From an uncultured Actinomycetaceae bacterium (GTDB lineage: Bacteria; Actinomycetota; Actinomycetes; Actinomycetales; Actinomycetaceae), in NCBI GenBank assembly GCA_902464405.1, contig CABQJD010000001.1:22408-86407 (forward strand): a DNA stretch of 64,000 bases, given 5' to 3'. Positions 1 through 10,524 of the stretch are shown here, one piece after another. The first letter of the stretch is position 1, and every line of letters starts with the position of its first letter. Under the pieces are notes generated by a model that did not search any database, had not been told where the DNA came from, and worked only from the letters and a program-made list of their open reading frames with translations. The translations under genes and the position numbers were made by a program.

Positions 1-607
1 AGATCATTCCTCCGCACGTATCGAGCGCTATTTGGCACTCTGCGCAGACAGCAACATGACGGTAGCGCAGCCTTCTACGCCGGCTAACCATTTCCATTTG
101 CTTCGCCGCCAAGCATATACACGCCCACGCCGCCCACTCATTGCAATTTCACCAAAACAGCTGCTGCGCCGTAAAGGCGTGACCAGCTCTGTGGAGGAGT
201 TTACGAGTGGCGCTTTCCGCCCTGTAATTGGGGAAACGAACGGGAACGTGCACAATGTGCGGCGAGTGATTTTATGCACTGGGCGTATCTACTACGATCT
301 AGCGGAAAAGCGCGATCGGGATAACCGCTTAGATACTGCGATTGTGCGTCTCGAACAGCTCTATCCGCATCCAGTTGAAGAGCTGCGCGCTGAATTAAAT
401 AAATATCCAAGCGCAGAGATCCTGTGGGTGCAAGACGAGCCGGGAAATATGGGAGCTTGGGGGCATCTGGCTCTCGAAATGTTCCCGCCAATGGGGCTGT
501 GGGTGCGTAAAATTTCTCGCCCAAATTCTGCAGCTCCGAGCACTGGTCTTTCTGGAATGCACAAAGCACAAATCGAGGAGATTCTGAACGCAGCGTTCAA
601 CGGCTAG
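1..607 (+). CDS. kgd: 2-oxoglutarate decarboxylase/dehydrogenase E1, C-terminal part (5' truncated by window)
   Basis: Frame open from base 2: DHSSARIERYL...PSTPANHFHLLRRQA...RLEQLYP...WVQDEPGNMGAW, typical of the SucA/Kgd C-terminus. Confidence 0.93.
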   Translation, partial: DHSSARIERYLALCADSNMTVAQPSTPANHFHLLRRQAYTRPRRPLIAISPKQLLRRKGVTSSVEEFTSGAFRPVIGETNGNVHNVRRVILCTGRIYYDLAEKRDRDNRLDTAIVRLEQLYPHPVEELRAELNKYPSAEILWVQDEPGNMGAWGHLALEMFPPMGLWVRKISRPNSAAPSTGLSGMHKAQIEEILNAAFNG

Positions 608-615
608 TATTAGAT

Positions 616-1221
616 ATGATGAGCACACAAAATTTTCAGATTTTCTTTGTCGGTGACGAGTTAATCGCTGGCGCTGGCGATGCGCGCGGCATGGGATGGG
701 TCGGTCGAGTTCTCGGGCGTACGCCAATCCAGCCGTCTATTATGCCGTACGTTTTAGCGTTTGCAGGAGAAAATACAGGGCAGCTCACCGAACGATGGAA
801 AATAGACGTGACTCCTAGACTCGCGAAAAACCACACTAATCGTCTCGTCATTGGTTTAGGTTCACACGATCTCGACGCACATATTTCTTCTGCCCGCTCT
901 CGCTTACACGTGGCAAATGTGCTCGATATGGCAGAGCGTATGCAGCTCGATCCGCTTGTGGTCGGGCCACCGCCTCGCCCAGATAAAGATAGAGCTGCTG
1001 TTGCAGAGCTTTCTGCTTCTTTTGAAGACGTGTGCACTCGCCGTTCGGTGCCATATGTGGATACGTACACTCCTCTCGTTCAGCATGAGCAATGGAATAC
1101 CGATATGAGCATGGCAGGCACATACACACCTCGGCAGGCAGGATATGGGCTTATGGCATGGCTTGTCTTGCATCGAGGCTGGCATGAGTGGCTCGGAATT
1201 AAAGCACCAGCAACCGAGTAG
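616..1221 (+). CDS. GDSL/SGNH-family lipase/esterase
   Basis: FVGDELIAGAGD block I-like N-terminus, GLGSHD block III-like, C-terminal P..AGY..MA. Confidence 0.75.
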   Translation: MMSTQNFQIFFVGDELIAGAGDARGMGWVGRVLGRTPIQPSIMPYVLAFAGENTGQLTERWKIDVTPRLAKNHTNRLVIGLGSHDLDAHISSARSRLHVANVLDMAERMQLDPLVVGPPPRPDKDRAAVAELSASFEDVCTRRSVPYVDTYTPLVQHEQWNTDMSMAGTYTPRQAGYGLMAWLVLHRGWHEWLGIKAPATE

Positions 1222-1231
1222 CGCAGTAACT

Positions 1232-2179
1232 ATGATCGTCACTATCACAGCAAATCCCACTCTCGATATCACCTATCACGTGCCAGAGCTTCTGCCAGGA
1301 GACGATCATCGAGTACAAAAGATTTATACCAATCCTGGCGGTAAGGGAATCAACGTTGCACGCGTGCTTCATCAGCTTGGCGAACAGACTTTTGCGACTG
1401 GTTTCTTAGGAGGAAACACAGGGGAAACTATTGCGACCTTGCTCGATAAATCTGAGATTTCTTATTCGTTTATTCCAAGTAATCACAGCACGCGCCAAAG
1501 CGTGACGATTATTGACCCTGTGCACGCAGCTACACTTTTTAACGAACCTGGGAAACCGTATTCGGATGAGCAATGGGGAAAATTTTTCTCAATGCTTCGT
1601 GCTTTACCTACACCACACGTTTTTACTGTGAATGGATCCTTCCCTCCAGGCACATCTGAAGATATTGTGCGCCGCCTCTATCGAGAATTGCTTTCTACTG
1701 GAGCACCTGTGCTCGTCGATACCTCTGGCGAACCTCTGCGCTGGGCAATTGATGAAGGTGTGCATGCTATCAAACCTAATACAAAAGAGCTTTTGCATCT
1801 GTGCAGCGATAGTAACGCCACCCACGCTATCGGGCGTCTTTTAGAGAAAGTAGAGCTAGTGGTTGCCTCTCGCGGCTCAGATGGGATGATTGCCCAAGCA
1901 CGTGATGGCGAAGCTGTGGCTGTGCCTGTAGCGCGTTTCTTGGCGGGCAATCCGACTGGCGCTGGTGACGCTGTAGTAGCTTCGCTTGCACGCTCGATTG
2001 CACACGAGGGAATCGACGCTGCACGCCGCACTGAACGGCTGCACGCGTGGGTGGCGGATGCAATTGCGCTCTCTGCTGCTGCAGTTGCAGCTCCTGTGGC
2101 TGGCGAATACGACGAAAAACTCTATCGAGATCTATTGCAGATGCAGGCTGAGAGCGCGAACTTTAGTTCCAATAATTAA
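1232..2179 (+). CDS. PfkB/1-phosphofructokinase family hexose kinase
   Basis: MIVTITANPTLD, GGKGINVA, IKPNxxEL, GAGD signatures; start moved to ATG 1232. Confidence 0.88.
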   Translation: MIVTITANPTLDITYHVPELLPGDDHRVQKIYTNPGGKGINVARVLHQLGEQTFATGFLGGNTGETIATLLDKSEISYSFIPSNHSTRQSVTIIDPVHAATLFNEPGKPYSDEQWGKFFSMLRALPTPHVFTVNGSFPPGTSEDIVRRLYRELLSTGAPVLVDTSGEPLRWAIDEGVHAIKPNTKELLHLCSDSNATHAIGRLLEKVELVVASRGSDGMIAQARDGEAVAVPVARFLAGNPTGAGDAVVASLARSIAHEGIDAARRTERLHAWVADAIALSAAAVAAPVAGEYDEKLYRDLLQMQAESANFSSNN

Positions 2180-2803
2180 ACTGATGAGGTAAAGCGTAAA
2201 ACCTGGAATAAAAACGAGATAGAAAAATATGAGGTGCACACCGATCTGTGGATAAGCAATAGCCGCAATAATAGGAACCACCCAAAGTGCCAGCGCAAGA
2301 AGAGATATGGGCAAATATCTAAATGCTGCATAAACTGCAAGGCGGAGTATATGCATAAATCGCATATGCCCTCCCTCCTGCGCGGCGCTTTGCCCGAGCA
2401 GAGCGAAAAGCCACACAGCCACGATCCCTAATAAAATCAATGCGGCAATAATTCCGGAGCGCAAAAAAAGAGTAAAAAAACTAGAATCGATCAGACCACT
2501 CGTTTCAGCGTTGGTAAGTATCCACATTTCGTATGTGCTCAATGCCAGCAAGAAAAGCAGGCACATCCATGAAAGAAAGCTAAGGCGAAAGCTCTTTCGG
2601 AAAATACGCCAAAACGTGCGCCACGGGTGAGATCCTTCATCGTTTGCAAGCTGAATAAGCACACGATATGCTGCAGCCAAGCCAGCGCCAAAAGTTACAA
2701 TCGGAAAAGCTGTGAGCAAAAGACCCATACTCACAACTGCAACGCTTGCGAGCATATCTAATGTGCGTGCAAAAAGAGAGTCTTGGGCAAATACACTAGC
2801 CAT
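2132..2803 (-). CDS. YesL/DUF624-like membrane protein
   Basis: PIVTFGAGLAAAY, FWRIFRKSF, several TM segments; at the end of a sugar ABC operon. Confidence 0.75.
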   Translation of the reverse strand: MASVFAQDSLFARTLDMLASVAVVSMGLLLTAFPIVTFGAGLAAAYRVLIQLANDEGSHPWRTFWRIFRKSFRLSFLSWMCLLFLLALSTYEMWILTNAETSGLIDSSFFTLFLRSGIIAALILLGIVAVWLFALLGQSAAQEGGHMRFMHILRLAVYAAFRYLPISLLALALWVVPIIAAIAYPQIGVHLIFFYLVFIPGFTLYLISLIIGTKVRALSLHLQ

Positions 2804-2806
2804 TAT

Positions 2807-3895
2807 TCATCTCCGAGGCGCTGATCCTGTGCTCTCCCCGATACGGAGTACGGGTGCGATCACATCGTGCTGAACTGTACCTTTTCCTTCTAAAATACCA
2901 AAGAGAATAGTGCAGCTGCGCTCAACGAGCGTCTCCACAGATTGCACAATAGTTGTGATAGATGGCGAGGTGTAGCGGCTAAAAGCGAGTCCATCGTATC
3001 CCGTCACGCTCACATCTGCAGGCACAGATATACCATGTTCAATAAGAGCTCGCTGAGCACCGATCGCTAAAACGTCGCTCATAGTGATAAGAGCGCTAAA
3101 GTATTTGCGCTGCTGAAGTAAACGCGTCGCAATCTCATAACCATATTCAAAAGAATACGGGCTGAGAGAGACTTCTCCATTAAGAATAAGATCTGGATCC
3201 CATTCAATTCCACGCGCCTGAAATGCTCGCTCTAATCCTCCCAAACGGATAGCACCTACGGAACGGTCTGCCGCATCCGAGCCAATCACAGCAAAATTCT
3301 CGTGCCCCAAATCGATGAGATGATCGAGCAAAAGTTCCATACCAGCCACGTCATCAACAGTCACCGACGAATACATATCGCGTTGAGAATCGTCCAATGT
3401 AGAAATAGTGCATAGCACAAAAGGCACAGGAATATCTGCGAGAGGAGCTTCCTCATGCCGATAACGACCGCCCAGAAAAATAATGCCCGCTGGTTTGCTC
3501 ACTGAACACGTGCGCATAGCTAGTTCAACTTCATCTTCTCCGTGCGCGACCCGCACAAGCGTCATCGAATAGCCATGCTGGCGAATTACTGATTCTAACG
3601 GAGTGAGAAACGCTAAGAAAAAAGGATTATCAGGCCCTTTCATCAGCACAGCTATTGATGCCGATGCTACCGAACGCAGACTCTGAGCGTGAGGATTGGG
3701 CGAATAATTGAGCCTTTGAGCTGCGGATAATACCTTTTGGCGAGTCTTTTCAGAAACTCCGGGAGAATTATTCAACGCCCGGGAAGCGGTGCCAACTCCC
3801 ACACCGCATTCGCGAGCGATATCGTGGATAGTGACGGCGGTGGCAAGACCTCTAGAAGAGCTACTTTCACCCTTTCCATATGATGTACCTGCCAT
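2807..3895 (-). CDS. LacI-family transcriptional regulator
   Basis: TIHDIARECGVGVGTASRALN HTH, VPADVSVTGYD; AGGAGG RBS before ATG 3895. Confidence 0.93.
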   Translation of the reverse strand: MAGTSYGKGESSSSRGLATAVTIHDIARECGVGVGTASRALNNSPGVSEKTRQKVLSAAQRLNYSPNPHAQSLRSVASASIAVLMKGPDNPFFLAFLTPLESVIRQHGYSMTLVRVAHGEDEVELAMRTCSVSKPAGIIFLGGRYRHEEAPLADIPVPFVLCTISTLDDSQRDMYSSVTVDDVAGMELLLDHLIDLGHENFAVIGSDAADRSVGAIRLGGLERAFQARGIEWDPDLILNGEVSLSPYSFEYGYEIATRLLQQRKYFSALITMSDVLAIGAQRALIEHGISVPADVSVTGYDGLAFSRYTSPSITTIVQSVETLVERSCTILFGILEGKGTVQHDVIAPVLRIGESTGSAPRR

Positions 3896-3949
3896 CGCGC
3901 CGCACCTCCTTCTTAACAACACAGCATTACTGCTGCGATGCACGCGAGC

Positions 3950-4795
3950 TTAGCCTTTAACAGCCCCTGCTACAACGCCTTTAATGATGTATTTCTGCAT
4001 TGAAATATAGAACACGACAATCGGCACAATTGCCAAAACGAGCATTGCCATCATCGCCCCCATATCACGGTTGCCATTAGACCCCACGAGCATTTGGATA
4101 ACCACAGGAATCGTCTTATATTCCGTGGAAAGCCCAATTGTGAGATATGGCAAAAGATAGTCGTTCCACACCCACATAGCATTGAGAATTGCCACAGTGA
4201 TAGCTGTCGGCTTGAGCATCGGAAATACTACGAGGAAGTAGTTTCGTATCGGTCCGCAACCATCAATCAGTGACGCTTCTTCAATTTCGAGGGGTATCGA
4301 TTTTACGAATCCAGCAAACATAAAGACGCTCAAACCAGCACCAAACCCGAGATAGAGCACCACAATTCCCCACGGAGTATTGAGGTGTAGAATATCGGAA
4401 ATTTTCACGGTTGGAAACATCACCATCTGGAAAGGAATCACCATGGAAAAGACGAAGAGATAGTAGAGCGCGCTCGTCCACCACGTTTTCACACGAGTGA
4501 TGTAGTACGCCGTCATCGCACAGAAGAAGACGATCACAGCCACAGATAGAATCGTAATGAAAAAGCTCCAGACGATTGCCATAAAGAATCCAGAGAGAGC
4601 TAGACCTGTGGCATAGTTTTCGATTCCGACCCACATCTCACCGAGTGGGAGAGCAAAAGGATCTGATGCGATAGAGAACTTCGCCTTAAACGAGTTCATC
4701 ACGATGAAGAGAATAGGCCCTACAAAGACTATTGTGAGGAATACCAGCACAGCATAAAGCAGTACTTTACCCACTTTTGAACGAGGAGCGCTCAT
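3950..4795 (-). CDS. Carbohydrate ABC transporter permease
   Basis: EEASLIDG EAA loop, WNDYLLP, ends AGAVKG. Confidence 0.93.
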   Translation of the reverse strand: MSAPRSKVGKVLLYAVLVFLTIVFVGPILFIVMNSFKAKFSIASDPFALPLGEMWVGIENYATGLALSGFFMAIVWSFFITILSVAVIVFFCAMTAYYITRVKTWWTSALYYLFVFSMVIPFQMVMFPTVKISDILHLNTPWGIVVLYLGFGAGLSVFMFAGFVKSIPLEIEEASLIDGCGPIRNYFLVVFPMLKPTAITVAILNAMWVWNDYLLPYLTIGLSTEYKTIPVVIQMLVGSNGNRDMGAMMAMLVLAIVPIVVFYISMQKYIIKGVVAGAVKG

Positions 4796-5637
4796 GCCTC
4801 CACCTCCTTGCTTCGCGTTGATCGCAATTGCACCATTGCAATCACCACCACAACCACAACGAATATCACAGCTTTAGCCTGCCCAACGCCTTCTTCTCCG
4901 ATACGAGAGAACATCGTATTGACGATGTTGAGTGCAACCATCTCAGTTTGATCGAGTGGAGCACCATTTGTGAGAGCAAGGTTTTGATCGTAGAGCTTAA
5001 ATGAGCTGGAAAGGGTAAGGAAGAGGCAGATCGTGACTGATGGCATCACCATTGGTATCGTCACGTGCCGCAAGACCGTCCAACGCCCTGCGCCATCAAT
5101 TTCTGCCGCTTCAATGAGTTCGGGTGGCACATTTTGCAAGCCAGCTATATAAATAATCATCATATACCCAACCTGCTGCCAGTTGATGAGCATAATCATG
5201 CCGATATAACCATATTTCCAATCGGCAATAATCGTGGTCTGATAGTGAACGAGCACAGCGTTGATCATCACTTGCCAGGTGTAGCCCAAGACGATTCCGC
5301 CAATGAGATTCGGCATGAAAAATACTGTGCGGAAGAAGTTCGTGCCGCGAAGTTTCTGCGTAAGAACCCACGCAATTGCGAACGAAAAGATATTAACTGT
5401 GACGATTGAGACGATCACAATCAATGCTGTGAAACCAAAACTACCGACGAAGCCTGAACGCTCCTTAAATGCCTCTTGGTAATTAGCAAGCCCCACCCAT
5501 GTGGCATCTGTGACCGTGGTGAACTCGCAGAACGACAGTATAAAGCCCATCACGAACGGCACGAGAAACGCAATTGCGAATGCAAGCAATGTCGGTAGCA
5601 CAAAAAGCGGGAAATATTTTTTTAATGATCTTTGCAT
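4792..5637 (-). CDS. Carbohydrate ABC transporter permease
   Basis: WVGLANY, EAAEIDGA EAA loop; start at MQRSLKK. Confidence 0.92.
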   Translation of the reverse strand: MQRSLKKYFPLFVLPTLLAFAIAFLVPFVMGFILSFCEFTTVTDATWVGLANYQEAFKERSGFVGSFGFTALIVIVSIVTVNIFSFAIAWVLTQKLRGTNFFRTVFFMPNLIGGIVLGYTWQVMINAVLVHYQTTIIADWKYGYIGMIMLINWQQVGYMMIIYIAGLQNVPPELIEAAEIDGAGRWTVLRHVTIPMVMPSVTICLFLTLSSSFKLYDQNLALTNGAPLDQTEMVALNIVNTMFSRIGEEGVGQAKAVIFVVVVVVIAMVQLRSTRSKEVEA

Positions 5638-5743
5638 AGTGCGCGATCCCCTCAAAAATGCTAATGGCTGATAGATAAGCTGTTGGGTTCGCACTGATCT
5701 CACTCGAGGGCGAAGCAGCGCGAACCCAACAGGTTTCTAATGC

Positions 5744-7075
5744 CTAGGCGCCTTTTTCAGCAGCCCAATTCTTAATCCAGCTTGCTTTCACATCGTCCCA
5801 GCTCATATTGCCAGAAGCATATTGAGCTAATGATTGCCCAAGATCTTCCTTAAACTTCTGAGATGGGAAAGTAGTAAATACCCAAGTGACGGTGTACTTA
5901 TCGGTATCAGCTATATATGAAGCAATTTCCTTTGCCAACGGATCAGCAGGAATATCGGCATCGGTGTAGTTATTGAACGGAGCAATGAAGCCTAGATCAT
6001 TGACCACGTGCTTCTTTCCAGCTTCACCAAGGAAGAGCCAGTTCACGAAATCAATCGTAGCTTTCTGATCTGCCTCAGAGGCTTTTGCATTGATAGCCAT
6101 AAAGGCCTCAGTGCCAACATTCAATCCCTGCTTTTCTTCGCCTTTAACACCCGTATAGATCGGAAGGAATTTGATATTTTCTTCTTTGACGGTGTTGCCC
6201 TGCACATCTTTAACCTGACTCCATGCCCAGTTGCCGTTTTGAACCATTGCAGCCTTGCCCATCGCAAATTCAGCCATCGAATCGGTGACGGTCTTTGATG
6301 GTGCCAGCGTAGGAGCAACTGTGGAATTATTCAGATAGAGATCGAAGATATTCTTGTAGTTCTCGCTGTATTTCAACGTGATTTCTTTTTCGTCAGTCAC
6401 GTTTGCATCGCGATATTCATAGAACATCGGTACATCGGCGAGGTGCGTCTGCCAGCGCCAGTCTTCACCAGTTGCGAGAGAGGTCGAAGCAAAAACGCCA
6501 TCGATGCCAAGATCAGCTTTCTTTGCCTGCATATCCTCAGCAACTTCCTTGAGCTTAGCGAAATTGTTGATTTCACTCATCGATGAAGCCTTAGCCCCAC
6601 TCATCGCGAAGTATTTATCAAAAATTTCCTGGTTGTAGATGATGCCATATCCTTCTACCGCCATAGGAACGCCATAAACTTTCCCATCTTCACCTTTAAG
6701 CGCAAGTGACGGATCTTTTAATGCCTTCGCAAAATCAGAGTCTGAAATATCCAGAGCGTATTTATTCCAGCTTGCCAAGCCAACTGGACCGTTAATCTGG
6801 AAGAGTGTCGGAGCTTCGCTCTTAGAAATTTCACTCTTCAAGGTTTGCTCATAGGTACCCGACGCAGCCGTCACGACTTTTACCTCAACACCAGTTTCTT
6901 TGGTGTATTCTGCAGCAACTTTCTTAAAAACTTCTTCTTGTTCAGGCTTCCAGTTGAGGAAATAAACGGAACCCTTATCGTCTGCCTTACTTCCGCTCTC
7001 CCCTGAGCATGCTGCAAGACCAGCCAGAGCCATACCTGCAACCATCGTTGCAGCAATGAGCTTCTTCACCTTCAT
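5744..7075 (-). CDS. Sugar ABC transporter substrate-binding lipoprotein
   Basis: Lipobox LAAC, SBP family 1 features; GGAGG RBS before ATG 7075. Confidence 0.92.
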   Translation of the reverse strand: MKVKKLIAATMVAGMALAGLAACSGESGSKADDKGSVYFLNWKPEQEEVFKKVAAEYTKETGVEVKVVTAASGTYEQTLKSEISKSEAPTLFQINGPVGLASWNKYALDISDSDFAKALKDPSLALKGEDGKVYGVPMAVEGYGIIYNQEIFDKYFAMSGAKASSMSEINNFAKLKEVAEDMQAKKADLGIDGVFASTSLATGEDWRWQTHLADVPMFYEYRDANVTDEKEITLKYSENYKNIFDLYLNNSTVAPTLAPSKTVTDSMAEFAMGKAAMVQNGNWAWSQVKDVQGNTVKEENIKFLPIYTGVKGEEKQGLNVGTEAFMAINAKASEADQKATIDFVNWLFLGEAGKKHVVNDLGFIAPFNNYTDADIPADPLAKEIASYIADTDKYTVTWVFTTFPSQKFKEDLGQSLAQYASGNMSWDDVKASWIKNWAAEKGA

Positions 7076-7260
7076 GTGCCCTCCTTTGGACATTGTTTCA
7101 GCAACGAGCTGTTTTGCTCATACCGAATTGGAAATACGAACGTGAATCAGAGACACGCGCTACACTCACTCGCAACTGCGCATCTTTTATGATTGTTTAG
7201 TGGCATTTCCAACCATAAAAAAGAGCATAACAGCTACCTTAGGTAAATGTACGAAAAATA

Positions 7261-7274
7261 TGGAATCGTTTCCA
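7261..7274. promoter_or_regulatory. LacI-type operator upstream of the sugar ABC operon
   Basis: TGGAATCGTTTCCA, near-perfect palindrome with central CG; LacI gene in the same operon. Confidence 0.65.
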
Positions 7275-7588
7275 AAATGTTATGGAAATGTAACTTATAC
7301 GTAAGAATTGGCGCTTCTCAGCCCCTAGGAGAGATTAGTAAAAGAGCGTAGCGAATGCACCGCAAAGCATCTCTCGCTACCGATGCACATTGCAAAACAT
7401 AAGGCACAGCTTCTCGCATACGCTGCCTCTTACGCCTCATGCACACTAACGATGTGCCTGTACGGAATGCCAAACATACTCAAGCATGCTCAGGCTCGCT
7501 CAAGCACATCAAATACGATATGCACAACTGCCACCAGTAGCGCACGAACAGAAAATTTAGTACACAGCAGAAAACTTAGCGCAGAAAA

Positions 7589-8692
7589 TCAGCGATATTT
7601 CGCCACAATATCGTGCATCGTCTGCCACTTATCTTCCATATCCGCCACCAGTTTGAACTGAGTGCGCGCACGATCGAGATTATGCTGCTCACGATGAATC
7701 TTGAAATAGACGTCACCCTCAAGATAATCTGCGAGAAAACGCATACCGCATTCAAAAGTCATCACCTTTGCGCCCATCGGCAGATTATCCAACTCGATAT
7801 CAGTAAGAGATCCAGCACACCCCTCGATAAAGCCCTTTGTGTATATATCGAAAAGATCCATATCACACGAAACTTTGCTAAGATCAGGCTCATCTTCAAG
7901 AGCAGTGGAAGCGCCAAAACGAATCGAATCACCATAATCATTCACAGCCAAACCTGGCATCACGGTGTCGAGATCAATCACGCATATTGCCTCACCAGAA
8001 GCATTATCAATCAAAATATTATTAAGTTTCGTATCATTGTGAGTTACTCGCATAGGAAACGCATGAGCATCGAGCAGTTCGGCGAAATAATTGGCATCTG
8101 CTTGCCTATCCAGCACAAACTGGATTTCTTGCTGCACTCCAGCAGCTCGCCCGCAGATATCTTTCTCAACAGCACTCTTAAAATCAGCGAAACGTTTGCG
8201 CGTATCGTGAAAAGCAGGAATAGTCTCGTAGAGAGACTCCACAGGAAAATTAGCAAGTTGATTTTGAAAATGCCCAAACGCGAGCGCTGAATTGTAGAAA
8301 TCCTGAGGGTCCTTCACAATATCGAACGACGTGGCATCGTCAATAAAAAGATACGCTCGCCACCAGTGCCCCTCAGAGTCTACAAAGCTGTAGCTGCCCT
8401 CACGAGTAGGAAGTAGACGCAAAGTGCCGCGCTGCGGATCTTTACCCTCAGCAGTGAGCACATCTCGCAAATAATTCGTCACTTTCTCGATGTTTTGCAC
8501 CACTTGGTCTGGACGCATGAAAATATCCGTATTGATGCGCTGCAAAATAATTTTTTGTGGCTCTCCAGCTTGGCGAATGAGAAACGTATCATTAATATGC
8601 CCTGAACCATAGGGCATCACTTTCTCCACGTTGCCCGCATAGGCAAAAGCAGCAACAGCCTCGCGGCAGCTTTTCTCAGAAACTTCTTTCAT
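7589..8692 (-). CDS. nahK: N-acetylhexosamine 1-kinase (NahK/LnpB-like, APH fold)
   Basis: YGSGHINDTF, RVTHNDTKLNN, IDLDTVMPG, GDSIRFGASTALEDE, ECGMRFLADYLEGD match recalled bifidobacterial NahK motifs. Confidence 0.82.
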   Translation of the reverse strand: MKEVSEKSCREAVAAFAYAGNVEKVMPYGSGHINDTFLIRQAGEPQKIILQRINTDIFMRPDQVVQNIEKVTNYLRDVLTAEGKDPQRGTLRLLPTREGSYSFVDSEGHWWRAYLFIDDATSFDIVKDPQDFYNSALAFGHFQNQLANFPVESLYETIPAFHDTRKRFADFKSAVEKDICGRAAGVQQEIQFVLDRQADANYFAELLDAHAFPMRVTHNDTKLNNILIDNASGEAICVIDLDTVMPGLAVNDYGDSIRFGASTALEDEPDLSKVSCDMDLFDIYTKGFIEGCAGSLTDIELDNLPMGAKVMTFECGMRFLADYLEGDVYFKIHREQHNLDRARTQFKLVADMEDKWQTMHDIVAKYR

Positions 8693-9615
8693 CGCACACC
8701 CCACAAATTCTCTGGATACACGCCGTCTTCTTTCATCTTCTTCATCGCTTCGGCAACCACGGGCTTATCTTCTTTATACGTGACGCCAAACCACTTATCT
8801 GGAGTAGTGAGCACCTTGACTGTAGCTTTCTTTTCTTGAATAAGCTCAGAGACGACGCTCGGCAAGAAATACTCTCCCTTAAGCGGATTCGATTTAAGCG
8901 TTTTATCCAGAAAAACAGGGAAACCTGCTTTGATTTCCTGCAGCATAGAATTGCTGAAACCCCAAAGATTCATCGAAACAATCGTATCGGAAGGAAGCCG
9001 CTCCCAGGTGTTGCCGTCATCTTCAGAAAATGCGATACTGCCATCACGCTTTTCAATGCGCGTACGTTCCACTATCGACGTGAGGAAATCTTCGCCGTCT
9101 GTCGCGCACACTCCACGAGCTACGTATCCATTATCCGTCACCGTATTTTCCAAAAGGTATCCAACCATAGCGAAACGATAAGCATCGTCGTCATGCGTAG
9201 TAGAAAGGAAATTATAAATGAGAGAAAAGGCCTCGCGCCCGTAGTAATCGTCTGCATTGATCACAGCAAACGGGCCTAAGATCTGGTCTATTGCACACAA
9301 AATTGCGTGAGCTGTACCCCAAGGCTTCACTCGCCCTTCTGGCAGCGAATAGCCCTCGGGAAGAGCAGAAATATCTTGGAACGCATACGAAACGTCCATA
9401 TACTGCGAGACGCGATCGCCAATCGCTTCGCGAAATACCGCTTCGTTTTCTCTCTTAATAATAAAAATCACTTGCTCAAAACCAGCCTTGCGAGCATCGT
9501 AAAGAGAAAAATCCATAATGATGTGCCCAGCATCGTCAATAGGGTCGATCTGCTTAAGCCCACCGTAGCGCGAACCCATACCTGCAGCCATAATTACTAA
9601 AACAGGTTTACTCAC
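8689..9615 (-). CDS. Sugar-phosphate nucleotidyltransferase
   Basis: VIMAAGMGSRYGGLKQ, KPWGTAHA, FAVINADDYYG; overlaps nahK start (ATGA-type coupling). Confidence 0.87.
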   Translation of the reverse strand: MSKPVLVIMAAGMGSRYGGLKQIDPIDDAGHIIMDFSLYDARKAGFEQVIFIIKRENEAVFREAIGDRVSQYMDVSYAFQDISALPEGYSLPEGRVKPWGTAHAILCAIDQILGPFAVINADDYYGREAFSLIYNFLSTTHDDDAYRFAMVGYLLENTVTDNGYVARGVCATDGEDFLTSIVERTRIEKRDGSIAFSEDDGNTWERLPSDTIVSMNLWGFSNSMLQEIKAGFPVFLDKTLKSNPLKGEYFLPSVVSELIQEKKATVKVLTTPDKWFGVTYKEDKPVVAEAMKKMKEDGVYPENLWGVR

Positions 9616-9735
9616 TGCGTTTCTCCCGTGTTGCGAAAAAGATAAGTGCACATACCGTGCATATGCGTATGTGCCTGTGGCTATTCTAATCACTGATACG
9701 TTCTGATGTAGAACAATCGATGGAACTAACCAAAA

Positions 9736-10524
9736 CTACGCTCCGATAATTACTTTTATACCCTGCTCTTCAAAGGCAGCTCGCATATCCGAATCAATAT
9801 GTTCATCGGTGATGACTCCATAGATCGAATCTGATCCGCATATACGCGCAAAAGCTGCCACTCCGATTTTTGACGAATCAATCACCACATATACACGCTC
9901 TGAAACTGCCACCAAGGCTCGATTGACTTCAGCTTCACTCTCGTTATCGGTAAAAACACCACCTGCAGGCGTGATCCCAACAGCCCCTAAAAACACAGCA
10001 TCAACGTTGATATGCGAAAAAATCAACGCAGCAAGAGGCCCTACAAGCTCGTACGAACGAGCGCGAGCCACACCGCCCGTCAGTACAACCCTCACTTGCG
10101 GATGCACAATCAAATCATTGGCAATATTTACAGCATTAGTGACGACTGTGAGAGGGCGATGCGAAAACGAAAAATCTTTAGTGACTTTCGAAATCAATTC
10201 CGCACTGATAGCAGTGGTTGTGGTACCGCCATTTAACGCAATAACGGCTCCAGGATGCACGAGATCTGCGGCTTTTTTCGCGATCCTGATTTTTTGTTTA
10301 TTATTGCGAACTGTGCGAAACCGCATTGGCGCTTCGCTGCTTGTGGGGTTTTGCATTACTCCCCCACGAGTGCGTGTGAGCAGTTTTTGAGTGGCTAAAT
10401 AATCCACATCTCGCCGTATCGTGGCAGGAGATACTCCGAGTTCGGCAATAAGCTCATCGATTGTGAGAGAAGTGCGCTCAACTACCAAGTCTAAAAGAGC
10501 TGCAAGACGTTGCTGCCTACTCAT
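9736..10524 (-). CDS. DeoR/GlpR (AgaR-like) transcriptional regulator
   Basis: LGVSPATIRRD HTH, GGTTT, VVTNAVNIA, DSSK; start codon uncertain. Confidence 0.9.
   Translation of the reverse strand: MSRQQRLAALLDLVVERTSLTIDELIAELGVSPATIRRDVDYLATQKLLTRTRGGVMQNPTSSEAPMRFRTVRNNKQKIRIAKKAADLVHPGAVIALNGGTTTTAISAELISKVTKDFSFSHRPLTVVTNAVNIANDLIVHPQVRVVLTGGVARARSYELVGPLAALIFSHINVDAVFLGAVGITPAGGVFTDNESEAEVNRALVAVSERVYVVIDSSKIGVAAFARICGSDSIYGVITDEHIDSDMRAAFEEQGIKVIIGA

Noticed and set aside
2132..2179. Convergent 3' gene overlaps (also 32007-32046)
   Set aside because: Short overlaps of non-conserved tails; common and uninformative.
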